Shown: positions 24,302-37,000 of the stretch, one piece after another
Layout: each line of letters opens with the position of its first letter
How positions within the stretch are numbered: the stretch's first letter is position 1
DNA from: Eledone cirrhosa
Taxonomy: Eukaryota
Assembly: GCA_964016885.1 (NCBI GenBank)
Contig: OZ024741.1
Coordinates: forward strand, 367,846,001-367,910,000
Length of the DNA stretch: 64,000 nucleotides
Direction of reading: 5' to 3'
Notes under the pieces: generated by a model
The model's database searches: none
What the model was told of the DNA's origin: nothing
The model's input: the letters and a program-made list of their open reading frames with translations, nothing else
Translations under genes and position numbers: made by a program

Positions 24302-24519
24302 GTAGGTTAAAACCATTAATTCCTCAGCCACATTTAAATTTAGATGCAAGCATGGTTGTGTGGTTAAGGAGATGGCTTCAGAACCATGTGGTGTTTAGAT
24401 TCAATCGTTGTGTGACGTACCGTGGGCAGTATTTTCTGCTGTAGTCATGGATTGAGCAATGTCTTGTGAGGGAAATTTGGTAGATGAAAACTGTGTTAGC
24501 TCATTGTGTGTGTGTAATG

Positions 24520-26655
24520 AGGGTAGTAGAAAAGTATACCTTGCAAGAAGGGAAGCGGAAAATAAAAATTTAAGCAAGTTTTGAAGCATGAGGGCCAAAG
24601 TCGTGAGGTGTTCAGAATTGCAAAATAGTGTGCCAGGGAAAATTGCAATGTTTGTGGGGAGAAGTGTGTCCAAAATGATAATGAAAAAAAGGTAGCATGA
24701 AAGTGCCACTATGAAAGATTACTGAATGAGAATGCATGGAAAGAAAATAGTTTGCCCCAAGTCGACCCAACAGAGCGACTGGCTGTACAAGTCAGTAGTA
24801 GTATAGTAAGGCAATCAAGGATATGAAGACAGGTAGAACAGCTGGACCTTCAGAGATAGTTGCCGAGATGCTGAAAGCATCTAGAATGGTGGATCATACC
24901 ATAGTCACTTGTATTGTAAACCAAGTAATACAAAATGGTGTCATACCCAATGCTTAGCATAGAAGTATCATTGTCAACTGCTACAAGGGGCAAAGGAGAC
25001 GCTCTAGACAAAGAAAACTAGAGGCATTAAGTTGGTTGACCAGGTCATGAAGGTCACATAAAGAGTTATTGCACAGCTGACTAGGGACCAAGTTAACTTA
25101 GATGAAATGCAATTTGAATTTGTGCCAGGTAAAAGTACCATGGATGCTCTCTTCCTCATGAGGCAACTGTGGGAGAAGTACCTAGCTAAAAGTAAATCCC
25201 TCTACTTATCTTTTGTTGACCTGGAGAAAGCCTTTGACAGTCCCCTGTTCCATTATGTGGTTGGCTCTTAGAAAACAAGGAGTAGATGAGTGGCTTGTAA
25301 GCCATGTATAGAGGAATAGTCAGAATTAACAATGACTATAGTGAAGAATTTAGCATGCAGGCTGGTGTCCACCAAGGCTCAGCCCTCTCTTGTTTATTAT
25401 CATCCTGCAGGCTATAACGGAGAAGTTTAAGACTCGAAGCATGGTCTAGAATCAAAAGGGTTTAAAGACAACTTAGCAAAGACTAAAGTTCTTGTAAGTA
25501 GAAAGGAAAACAGGGCCCAGATCCTCTCAGGGAAATAGCCTTGCTCAGTGTGCGGCAAAGGAGTAGGTAGAAATTTCATCCTATGTCCCAAATGCAAATC
25601 ATGGGTACACAAGAGATGTAGTGGATCTCAGGAAGGCTTACAAAGAACATAGGTTTTACATGTGGCTGATGCACAGTTTCAGCAAGTAGCAAGAGCTCTC
25701 AGGATACAAACTCCTTCAAATGCTTTTAAATAGCAAACCAGTACTAAGATAATGAACAAAGTAGTTTCTTTTACCTGGATTAGCAAATTAGCAATGGAGG
25801 AGGGTGTTCTGAAAGCTCAGTAGCCAGAGTGAGAACAGGTTGGAGAGAGTTAGTTACAACCACTGCTAACTACAAAAGTTTTTTTCCCTCAAAATGAAAG
25901 ACTGTATGATGCATGTATACAAACAACAATGTTGCACTGTAATGAGAACTGGGCCCTGTGTGCAGAGGACCTGCGAAGATTGGAAAGAAATGAAGTTTTC
26001 ATGCTTCGATGAATGTGCAATAGTAACATACATGAATGGCAAAGTTTAAATGAACTGAGAGAAATTAGGCATAAGAGGGATCAAATGTAGTGTGCTGGAG
26101 TGGAGATTGCATTGGTATGGACATGTGATGTGTATGAAGGATGACAGCTGTATAAAAAGACTGCTCAAAGTTGATGGAAACTATGGAGTGGGCAGACCTA
26201 GGAAGATTTGGGACAAGGTGATCAATGCTGACCTTACACAATTGCACCTCCCAAAGGTGATGACACACGACTGTGATCTCTGGCACTATGCTGTAATACA
26301 GAAGACCTGCCTTTCCATATGCAGGAACTGAGGCATACATCTAGTATGCACCACCTTCCCTCCCATCATCCCCTGCCCAATTCCCTACGCATCTCCCCCA
26401 CCCAAATCCCCAATGCACACGGACGATGACTGCTGGGTGAAGAAGTGCTAAGTAAAACCAGTGGAAGGAACACACAGTAGAGGAAGACCATGGAAAACAT
26501 GGGCAGAGGTGATGAGAGCTGACCTAAGATAGCTGTACCTCACAGAGCAGATGACGAAGGACCGTGACAAATGGAGAGATGCTGTACTGAACCCTAACCC
26601 TAACTCCACCCTTGCAAGCAGGGAAAAGCAGACATAAATTGATGATGATGATGTA
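24520..26655 (+). mobile_element. Decayed RTE LINE copy plus a second RTE 3' tail
   Basis: Homologous to 35240-37190 with many stops and frameshifts; ends in (GAT)n at ~26640-26652. Confidence 0.85.
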
Positions 26656-27030
26656 TATATGAGTGTATATATATATACACACATATATATATATATATAC
26701 TCTTTTACTCGATGGTGTATGTATGTGAGTATATATATATATATATGTATGTATATTATGTGTGTGTGTATGTGTATCTATTTCTTTTTTTCATGTCTTG
26801 TAAACTCAGTGGTTCAACAAAAGGAGATTTATAAAATGAGTACCGGGCTTGAAAACATAAGTACTGGAATTATGGTTGACCAAATCCCTTCATAACAGTA
26901 GTATAAGACATGTCCAAGACGCAACACGGTTTGGTCAAACCTGGGAAAACATGGTTTCGAAGCGTACTTTTTAATCACACAACCATCACTACACATCTAA
27001 TCAATTTCTAACTTGATCTACTTTCTACAG

Positions 27031-27242
27031 ATTATTGCAGAGTTCTTAGATACAAAGCAGACATATGACTGCAAAGAAAACATAGCATGGAAGGAACCAA
27101 ATATTGAAGACTTATGCAAGTTTATTGTTGAAGAACTTTTTTGGACTGCAGAACATTTCTTTCGTTCAATGGTTCCGTTGTTTGTTTACTGGAAGCTGAA
27201 TTCTTACCCTTTCAAATTTCTGGAAGAATTAAAACCACTGAG
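27031..27242 (+). CDS. GEN1: GEN1 coding exon 8 (IIAEFL..WKEPNI..LFW..LKPLR)
   Basis: AG/GT bounded, 212 nt; matches VIQEFL..RPD..MEW..LQPIR. Confidence 0.88.
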
Positions 27243-27403
27243 GTAAAGATAGTTTCTTTTATTTTTATGTTTATGTTACGTATATATGTACAGGCATTGA
27301 TGTGTAGTTAAATCTGCTTCACAACCATATGGTTTCATGTTCACCCCTCAGTGAGGCTCCTTAGGGCAAATATCTACTACTATAACCTTGGATAGATCAA
27401 TGC

Positions 27404-27440
<37 letters not shown>

Positions 27441-27667
27441 ATTGTTTCTATTATAGGCACAAGGCCAGCAATTTGGGGGAGGGGAAGTCGATTAAATTGA
27501 CCCCAGAGCATTATTAGTGCTTTATTTTATCGACTCCGTAAGGATGAAAGGCAAAGCTGACCTCGGCATGATTTGACCTCAGAACGTAAAGGGCCGTAAC
27601 TCTATTATATATATATATATATATAATAATACAAGAACGAATGGTTACTCCTTCATTGTTTATTGGT

Positions 27668-27744
27668 TGGTGACGCGTGTTTCGCTATTGATCAGCTCAA
27701 GGTTCGATCTGGCCCAACTCTATAATCAAAAGGTCATCAGACTT
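27668..27744 (-). ncRNA. Hammerhead ribozyme motif with long stem II
   Basis: Minus strand: CTGATGA-C-CTTTTGAT...ATCAATAG-C-GAAAC-ACGC-GTC; stem I weak. Confidence 0.55.
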
Positions 27745-27862
27745 CTGTAGTAGTAATAACAATGAATATAGATGGCATCTAAAAAGTTTAACGTTCATAT
27801 GTTGGTCAGTTTATGTTGTTTTGATTGGTGGGTTAATTATGAGGAATGTTTTGGCCTGTATA

Positions 27863-27929
27863 TATTGGGTCGTCAAGTATGAAATTTGTAGGAAAAAACC
27901 AAATTTCTACAAATTTCATACTTGACGAC

Positions 27930-27938
<9 letters not shown>
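27863..27938. mobile_element. Tiny palindromic mariner-type MITE (MADE-like)
   Basis: GGTCGTCAAGTATGAAATTTGTAG / CTACAAATTTCATACTTGACGACC near-perfect hairpin in TA context. Confidence 0.7.
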
Positions 27939-27959
<21 letters not shown>

Positions 27960-27964
<5 letters not shown>

Positions 27965-28200
27965 ATACTTTGGGAGGGTCATGTTGCCAATAAGAAACAC
28001 ATGCACCAGTTGCTTTCACTTCAATTTATTATAATAAATTTATAAATTTCTGGTTGGTTGGTTGGTTCCACAACCAGATAGATGTTTATATATTGTCATA
28101 GTTCTTTCGTCACACACTCTGTGACCTCTTCAGTGACTGGGGATTTCTTTCTTTGTTTCTGTGCCTCTCCTTTGTTCTGTCCTATGCCATTTTGTTTCTC
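27960..28200 (-). mobile_element. Solo Penelope terminal-repeat fragment with hammerhead (28095-28137)
   Basis: Reverse complement of 23140-23360; flanked by (TA)n on both sides. Confidence 0.85.
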
Positions 28201-29179
28201 TATATATATATATAATTTTGTGTCCCAATGTGCTCTGGAATGAATAGTGTCCATTTGATGCACTGAAATTAAAGTGATTTCCAGAGGTTGACTGAAGAGT
28301 AAGGATTGTCTTTGTCCTGTATGCTCCGCTGTCTGGGATAAATATATATATATATATATATATATATTTATCCCATGTGTGTTTGTGTCTCTTCATATCT
28401 CGCAACTTAGCAGTTCAACAAAAGCAATTGATAGAATAAGTACCACACTTGAAAAAGTTCTGGGGTTGATATTTTACTAAGTCAAGCATGGCTGCTACCT
28501 AATGGCTGAAACCAGTAAAAGAATAAAAGGATATGAAAATCCCATTTGTAGCAACATTGTGGCATGTATTTTACTCTTCTTCGTACCACTCCCTCAATGT
28601 ATTTCAAAGTCAAAGGTGCACTCTCCCTTCCAACATACTATATCTTATTTTCCAGAAGTCAGCCTGGATGATGCAGGCTTTTGTGGGGAGTGGGGGTAGT
28701 CTAAGCTTCTGTTTAAATTGTTTACATTTTCTCTATTTGGTTGTATTGTTAAATTTTGTATGCTGTATTGTGGTGCCTGTATAAGTGTTTGAATTTTGTG
28801 TTATGTTTACTCAAAAGTTCTGAGGTGCATTTGTTTACACTCGTGCTACCATTGCTCTTCTTATTACTCTTTCTTAAGAAGAAATGATTGTGGCAAAATG
28901 TCAGAAATAAAATGTCATTGTCGAAAGACCTACCTTATTTTGTTCATTCCAAGGTGAAAGGAGTCAGTATTCAAATGTTCACATGTGTAATCATCCAAAA
29001 AATGAATTTTTTTCATTAAGTGCAAATACAGTAATCCTACTCTTCTATGGAGCTAAGTCTAAACACATCCACTCTCCTCAAAATATAAATAATACTCATA
29101 AAAATAATGGGGCCTTATGCAACCAGGAAACTATTATAGAATAACCACTGTAGGACTACAAAAATATCTAATGAAGAAT

Positions 29180-29740
29180 AATGGAAAGTGAATACAAATA
29201 ACCAGACATGATAGCTGAGATTTACATACACTGGAAGTTATGCCAATATTATGCAATACCAACAGAAAAAAGTGGTACAGACATACACTGGAAAATGACA
29301 AAGCAACCATACTCAGTGATATGCCAATACACACAGACGAGATCAAAGCTAGTCGACTGGATATTATAGTCAGACCACAAAGAAAACATGTCTTCTAGTT
29401 GATGTATCAGTCCCCACAGGCAACAATATATCTATCAAGGAAAAGGAGCAATTATCCAAATATAAAGATCTAGAAATAACCAAACTGTGGATGATGAAAA
29501 CAGAAACAATACCTATAATAATAAGTGTGCTCTAGGAATGATAAAAACAAGATACATAACCAAAACCCCAGAACTAACCAATGTATACAGCATATAGAAA
29601 ATAATACTATTAGGTACTGTATACATATTACAAAGAGAACTCTCAATACAATAGAAATAGCAAGACTAAAAACAACACTGCACATGCATAAGGTGCACTG
29701 AGCTGTGCTCAGTAATGCAATGATGGCTCACAATAATAAT
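29180..29740 (+). mobile_element. R4/Dong-clade RLE LINE 3' fragment, decayed
   Basis: RHD..YIHWKLCQYY..ENDKATIL.DMPIHTD..DIIV..VDVSVP..KYKDLEI..IPII..ALG; ends near AATAATAAT. Confidence 0.8.
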
Positions 29741-30535
29741 GATTTCTATTTTAGACACAAGGCTAGTAAATTTGGGGCATGGGGCAAAGCCGATTTATAT
29801 TGACCCCCAGTTCTTTACTGGTACTTTATTTTTTCAACTCTGGAACGATGAAAGTTGAAGTTGATTTTGACAGGATTTGATCTCAGAATGTAAAGAGCCA
29901 TAACTAATGCTGTAAGGCATTTTGTCCAATGTTCTTGTCATTTTACCAAGACATTGCCTTCCAATATCATTTCATCCCAAAATACACATCTCTCATAGTT
30001 TAAGCAATCCACTAAACTAAACATACTTTCCATTCGAAACCTATTTCACATAATGACTGGATCTCCTATTGACTGAGTAGTACAATTAATATGAATTGTT
30101 TCTCTTAAGATGAGCTATAACTATATGAGGTGCGAATGGGAGGATGTGCAGAAATGAAATGTTTTCTATTTAAACCTCAAGGTATATGTGGGCTAAGTTC
30201 ACTGCAGCCCTAGACCTTGTAGTCCTGGCTGTCGCATCCATTTAAAATATAGCTATGAAACACAACTTAGAATATTATTATTGCTAGCAAATATGTCCCT
30301 TTATATTTGGTTGTCACTTCATGGATCAATGTTGGAATCTCAGTATGTGTAGGTCTACTTAAACTTTCATTAAATATCTTGTGTGCCTCAAATGATATCT
30401 AGCCCAAGACCCCTAGTTGCTTTAATCTGGCCTTGCTGTGTACAAATTTATGTAAAACATGATTATATAATTTGGAGAATGTGTAATATAACATAATTTT
30501 GTAGAAATTTAACTTACTAATATCAAATGTTTCAG

Positions 30536-30597
30536 AATCATCAAAAAATGTAAAAGAAATCATCACCAAGTTTATGAAATTGAATGGTCCAAAATAA
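30536..30597 (+). CDS. GEN1: GEN1 coding exon 9 (chromodomain: IIKKCKRNHHQVYEIEWSK)
   Basis: Matches IVKTRIRNGVHCFEIEWEK; phase 2 in, phase 1 out. Confidence 0.88.
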
Positions 30598-31460
30598 GTA
30601 AGCACCACTAATTTCTTAACTCTTCCATTGCCGTAAGACACTGCTTATAGTTTTGAAATCATTTTCAAAATAATCAAGACTCTTGAAGGATTGATTTATC
30701 TGATATTTGGAAGATATAAAATTATGATGGAAGGTTTTTGATAATGTTTTGTATCGTAGAACCATGAGCACTTTCAAAAATGTTTTTTAATATAATCTGG
30801 ACAGTTAATTCGCAAAACTAGTTGACTGTGCTCTACTAAATGCCAAAGGAATGCAAACAGAGTTTGTGACTTGTAGTGCTTGATTATATCTATACACTAC
30901 TAAAACTCTGTGAATGTGTGCTTGTCTGTAATTTAATACAGCCAAAACCGTGAATAATGGGAGAATACTTTGAAAGGAAGTTGCCCCTGAAATGGGAATA
31001 CAAATGGAATAAAACAAGTTTTACATAAATCGAGATACTGGGTTTTTCCAGGTACCTTCATAAATAGCCCGTGATAACCAATTAGATCGCTAGCACACTT
31101 ACCATTGTATTTCATTTCTGAAAAGCCTTAGTGCAGTCAAGTTAAAGACAGACAGGAAGAGATCCTGCTTAGGTAACTAAACTACCCATGACCAAACGGG
31201 TCACAGGTGGTCTAGTATTTTATAACATTTTCAGTAAATTAAGTAGCCATTTATTAATATACCAGTTTTACTTTAACAACTGCATACTTTCTTTATTAGA
31301 TTTAGCTTTGTTTTAAAACAAATCAGTTAAATTCAGTTATTATTAAAATATTATTACATTAAATGTAGAAAAACATACATTTGTCTTTTTTTTTTTTTTT
31401 TTTGAAAAATTTCTTATGCAAGAACACTAATATGTTGTTCACTTTCATTATTAATTTTAG

Positions 31461-31568
31461 AAGAATATTGGAGCAAAATTAAAACTTACACAAGTTTTGT
31501 TGATATTAATGAGTTTACTGAATGCTTCCCAGCCATGGTAGAAGCATTTGAAATTTCGCCCATTGTTG
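31461..31568 (+). CDS. GEN1: GEN1 coding exon 10 (chromodomain end: TYTSFVDINEFTECFPAMVEAF)
   Basis: Matches LTIEEESLFEAAYPEIVAVY; donor GTTTGT at 31569, or read-through to TAG at 31577-31579. Confidence 0.8.
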
Positions 31569-33191
31569 GTTTGTATTAGTTAAGTTGATAATTGATTATG
31601 AGAGTGTAATTATTTTTTCAGTAATTCTTATCAAATTATTTTATCATGATATCAAAGTAACGTGAACTAAACTTTTAGAATTCATTGTCAACTGCTAGTG
31701 AATGTCCTATCATGTTTTCTGTTAAATTCAAAATACAAATAGTAATGGTTTCTGATTTAGGCACATAGCCAACAATTTTGGAGGAGAAAGTCGATTAAAT
31801 GAACCCCAGTGTATTACTGGTAATTTATTTTATTGGCTCCTGTAAGGATGAAAGGCAAAGCTAACTTCAGGTGGATTTGAACTTAGAACATAAAGGGCTG
31901 TAACCCTATGCTACAAAATAATGCTTTCTAATTTCTGGCACAAGGCCAGTAATTTTGAAGAGAAGGAAAAGTTGATCATATCGACCCTGTACTTGACTGA
32001 TATTTTTTTATCAACTCCAGAAGGATGAATATTAAAGTTGACTTCAACCAGATTTGAGCTCAGTGTCAGAAAAAATGCTTTACAGCATGCACTTATACAG
32101 TTTTAAATTCTAATGATTCTGTCAATCCAACATCCTTATTATATTGGTAAAAGCAACTAAAAATTTTAACTTAATTATATACTCACGTGTGTGACTGGTT
32201 TATTCTTGCAATATACCCTATGTCACCATGGAGGGATAAATGTAATTCACCACCTATTGATTTAATCCTTCTGTTACATTTCTAAGCACTGCCTATGATT
32301 TTCAAATTTTTTTTTTAATAATCAATAATTTGGAGTGATTTGGTAATACAACTGACTTTCTCATTATTAAGCTTGTTTGAATCATAACTTAAAGCTTCTT
32401 GCATATAATTGTGATGGAAGGCTTTTAGATAAATATAAACATTTAAAAATAAAGATTTGTCTCATAGAATCAGGGGCAGTTTCAAGTGGGTTGGTATCAA
32501 AAGTGTTAGAGGTGATAATAGTTTTTCTATCATTCTGAATAAGCTATATCTGACCTATTTCAGGAAGTATATTCTTTGTTTAGTCCATAAGAAAATTTTA
32601 ATTCTATGTGCTTTCGGAAAAAACATTGTTTTCATTCAAAATTCATAACCACAAATGTATTACTGAGTTCTGCTTGTTTCTAATATGAAATTTTACATTT
32701 AAAACCTTGCTAATGTGATGTCATATGAGTACATGATAGTGACTTAATGTAATAGTGTCTGAGACTCAGGAAAATTTTAATCACCAAGTTAGTTATATCT
32801 ACCATACAGTTTGTGATAAAATAACAGCAACAGAGATGGTTCAAATAAATTTAGAGCACCACTATCGATAATTATTTAGTAATATAGGTGTGGGTACGAC
32901 TGGTTTCAGGTTCAGTCTGTATAAATGACTTACTATAACTTCAGTTGGCAGACAGGAATTGTAGAAGCTTGTGTGTGTGTCTGTCTACCTGTCTGTGCAT
33001 GTGTTTGTGTGTATGTGTGTGTGTTTACTGTTTGTTTATCTCCTGTAACTTATGGATTGAAAAATTAATCAATGAAATAAGCACCAGACTTGAAAACAAA
33101 ACAAGTACTGGAGTCAATATGATGAACTAAATCCCTTTGTGATGTCCTAGCATGGCTGCAGTCCAATGATTGAAACCAGTAAAAGAATTAA

Positions 33192-33447
33192 CCCTTTAGC
33201 ATTTATATTACTCTATATATCCAAACCCATGCAAGCGTGGAAGATGGACGTTAAACGATGATGATGATTTACTATTGTATTTTCATGGTAAACACTTTAT
33301 CTTGCATAATATCGAATCTGAGATTTTTATATTATTTATTTTAAGAACAATACCTTAACATAAGTATGAGCAGCCAGTTTTGGCCAGTTTAAACAGAAAG
33401 AGGTGAGAGAATTGTGGCAGGATACAACCGGTTTAAATGCTAAGGGT
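33192..33447. mobile_element. piggyBac-type MITE
   Basis: TTAA flanks; TIRs CCCTTTAGCATTTA / TAAATGCTAAGGG; related decayed copies at ~11856, 32266 and 58080. Confidence 0.7.
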
Positions 33448-33496
33448 TTAAAGAATAGTCTACAAGATTTACCGCAGTAACTTTATAGTAATCTAC

Positions 33497-33760
33497 AATT
33501 TTCCCTGCTGTATTAGCGATAAATTTTCGAGGGTTTCTCTTAGTAGCTTTTTCATGTCGTTAATATTATGATGTTCCCTGCTGTATTAGCGTTAAATTTT
33601 CCCTGCTGTATTAGCGATAAATTTTCGAGGGTTTCTCTTAGTAGCTTTTTCATGTCGTTAATATTATGATGTTCCCTGCTGTATTAGCGTTAAATTTTCC
33701 CTGCTGTATTAGCGATAAATTTTCGAGGGTTTCTCTTAGTAGCTTTTTTCATGACGTTAT
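33497..33760 (+). repeat. 98-bp tandem repeat (~2.7 copies) in the LINE 5' UTR
   Basis: TTTTCCCTGCTGTATTAGCGATAAATTTTCGAGGG starts at 33499, 33597 and 33695. Confidence 0.9.
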
Positions 33761-34067
33761 TATTGTTAATTTTACTGATGTAGTATTAACTTGGATATTT
33801 ACCATGCGACCCTCAGTTCCTACCTCACAATTTCCCTCCCCCCCACCCCCACTCACCACCATAGTCTATTCGACCAATCAAACCTAGCATGCCATTTCCA
33901 CTGCTGCTGCTGCTACTACCTGCCTAACTAACTCTCTCCTCCTCTGGCGCATCCCAACACACCCTGCCATTACCCCACCACCACTGTCCTTCTAGCCCTC
34001 AATTTTCCCACCGTTATGGATGGATGAGCTGGGAATACACGAGCAACTCTGAATCAATAGATGAAAT

Positions 34068-37000
34068 ATGAATCTGCGAGCTACCAAGCACCCACGTGAA
34101 GCGCCAACCCAGAGACCCTCCCCTACGAGTGTCGACAAATGCCCAAAACTCCGAGTTGGTACCATCAATGTAGGCTCAATGAAAGGAAGAGCAGGAGAAA
34201 TCGTAGAAATGCTAGAGCGAAAGGAAGTTGATGTATGCTGTGTGCAAGAGACTAGATGGAGAGGAGGGTCTGCTAGAGTCCTTGTAGGAAAAAGCCAGTG
34301 CTACAAATTTTTCTGGGTGGGAAATGACGATGGGATGGGTGGTGTAGGTATACTATTAGCTGACAAGTGGGTAGATAAAGTAATCTCAGTGTACAGGGTA
34401 AATGCAAGAATCATTAAACTCAGACTAGTCCTGAATAAGACAATTACCACAATAATATCAGCTTACGCACCCCAATCGGGGCTGCCAGACGAACTTAAGG
34501 ATAGGTTTTACGAGTCCCTAATACACACTACTGCTCTAACAGACGACAAGGACTTCCTAATCATTGCAGGAGATTTTAACGGACACGTAGGTAAACACTG
34601 CGACGGCTTCAATAGAGTACATGGAGGCCATGGAGTTGGCACAAGGAATGAGGAAGGATTCAGACTTCTAGAATTCTGCGACGCCAATGACATGTCGATA
34701 TGTAACACAAACTTTAAAAAACCCGACAACCACCTGATCACCTATAGATCAGGGGAGCACTCTAGTCAGTTAGATTTTATCCTCATCAGAGGACGTGACA
34801 GATGGACGGTCGTAAACACAAAAGCCTTCCCTAGTGAGGAATGTACATCCCAACATAGCTTAGTTGTCAGCGACCTCACGGTCAGAACTAGACGAGCCCT
34901 GAAACAGAGGCCAACCTGGAGAAGAAAGATCTGGAAGCTGAAAGTCCCCTCAACCAGTAACAGATTTAAAGATATTTTACTCAACGCCTACGACAGTAAA
35001 GAAGAACAGATAGAGACATTTAACGTAGAAGAGAACTGGGAGTTCCTAAAAAATAACTTACTAGAGGCGACGGATGAGGTTTGTGGCTGGAGTAAGACCT
35101 CAAGCAGGAGGAGAGTGACTTGGTGGTGGAACAATAAGGTAGATGAAGCAGTCAAGGCCAAGAGACAGGCATGGAAAGAATGGAAGAACGGGGGGAGCAG
35201 GGTACATTACATAGAGACCAAGAGGGAAGCTAGGCGACAAGTATACTTAGCTAGGAGGGAAGCAGAGGATAGAAAATTCAAGCATGTTTTACAACGTGAG
35301 GACCAGAAACAGGAGGTATTCAAGATTGCGAGGCAGTGTGTCAGAGATAGTTGTGATGTCATTGGAGAGAAGTGTATCCGGAATGATAAAGGTGAGCTTG
35401 CCCTCACAAGTGCTGAGAAGAAAGATGCATGGAAGAGTCATTATGATAGATTACTAAATGAGGAGAATGCATGGGAAGAAGAGACCCTACCCCACGTAGA
35501 CCCTATAGAGGGACCAGCAGTACAAGTCAGCGGCAGCGTAGTAAGTAAGGCAATCAGAGATATGAAGATAGGGAAGGCAACCGGTCCATCGGGTATAGCT
35601 GCCGAGATGCTGAAGGCATCTGGGTCTGTAGGTCACACTATAACCACACGTATCGTTAACCAGGTAATACTAGAGGGGGCCATACCAAAAGATTGGTGCA
35701 GTAGCATCATTGTCAACTGCTACAAAGGTAAAGGCGATGCACTAGATAGAGGAAACTATAGAGGTATAAAGTTGATGGACCAGGTCATGAAAGTAACAGA
35801 AAGAGTTATAGCACAGCTGATTAGGGACCGGGTGAATATAGACGAGATGCAATTTGGGTTTGTTCCAGGGAAAGGCACCACTGATGCGCTCTTCCTTGTG
35901 AGGCAATTACAGGAAAAGTACCTAGCTAAAAGTAAGCCACTCTACTTGGCATTTGTCGACCTTGAGAAAGCCTTTGACAGAGTTCCACGTGCAGTAATCT
36001 GGTGGGCTCTTAGAAAACTAGGAGTAGATGAATGGCTTGTGAAAGCGGTACAAGCCATGTATAGGGGAGCAGTCAGCAAAGTTAGGATTGGCAATGAGTA
36101 TAGCGAGGAATTTAGCGTACAGGTTGGGGTCCACCAGGGCTCTGTTCTTAGCCCTCTCCTGTTCATCATAGTCCTGCAGGCAATAACGGAGGAGTTTAAG
36201 ACCGGATGCCCATGGGAACTCCTGTATGCTGATGACCTCGCACTCATAGCTGAATCTATGGTAGAACTAGAGAATAAATTCCAAACCTGGAAGCAGGGAC
36301 TAGAGAGAAAGGGCCTCAAAGTCAACATGACAAAGACTAAGGTCCTTATAAGTAGACGAGAAAACAGAACCCAGATCCCCTCAGGGAAATGGCCTTGCTC
36401 AGTATGTAGGAAAGGTGTAGGTAGGAACTCCATTCTCTGCCCCAAATGCAAACAATGGGTACACAAGAGATGTAGCGGGATCTCAGGAAGCTTAATTAAG
36501 AATGTAGGATTCACATGCAGCAGCTGTGCTGAAACAGCAAGCAAACAGCCACAGGAAACAAGTACCACCAATCTCTGGGAGGGCCCTGTAGAAACAGTAG
36601 ACAGCTTCTGCTACCTAGGTGACCGAATTAGCAACGGAGGTGGGTGCTCAGAAAGTACAATAACTAGGGTAAGAACGGGATGGAAGAAGTTTAGGGAACT
36701 ACTACCACTGCTAGCTGCAAAAGGCTTCTCCCTCAGAATGAAAGGCAGACTGTATGATGCGTGTATCCGAACAGCGATGTTGCATGGTAGTGAGACCTGG
36801 GCGCTGAAGGTGGAAGACTTACGTAGATTAGAGAGAAACGAAGCCTGCATGCTCCGATGGATGTGTAACAGTAATATACGTGAACGACAAAGCATAAATG
36901 AATTGAGAGAGAGACTGAGCATAAGAGGAATCAAATGCTGCGTGCAGGAGAGGCGGTTACGCTGGTATGGACATGTGATGCGTATGAAGGATGACAGCTG

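Noticed and set aside
33497-33760. Repeated TTCCCTGCTGTATTAGCG as a CRISPR-like array
   Set aside because: Intervening sequences are themselves repeated (plain tandem repeat), the context is eukaryotic, and there are no cas genes.
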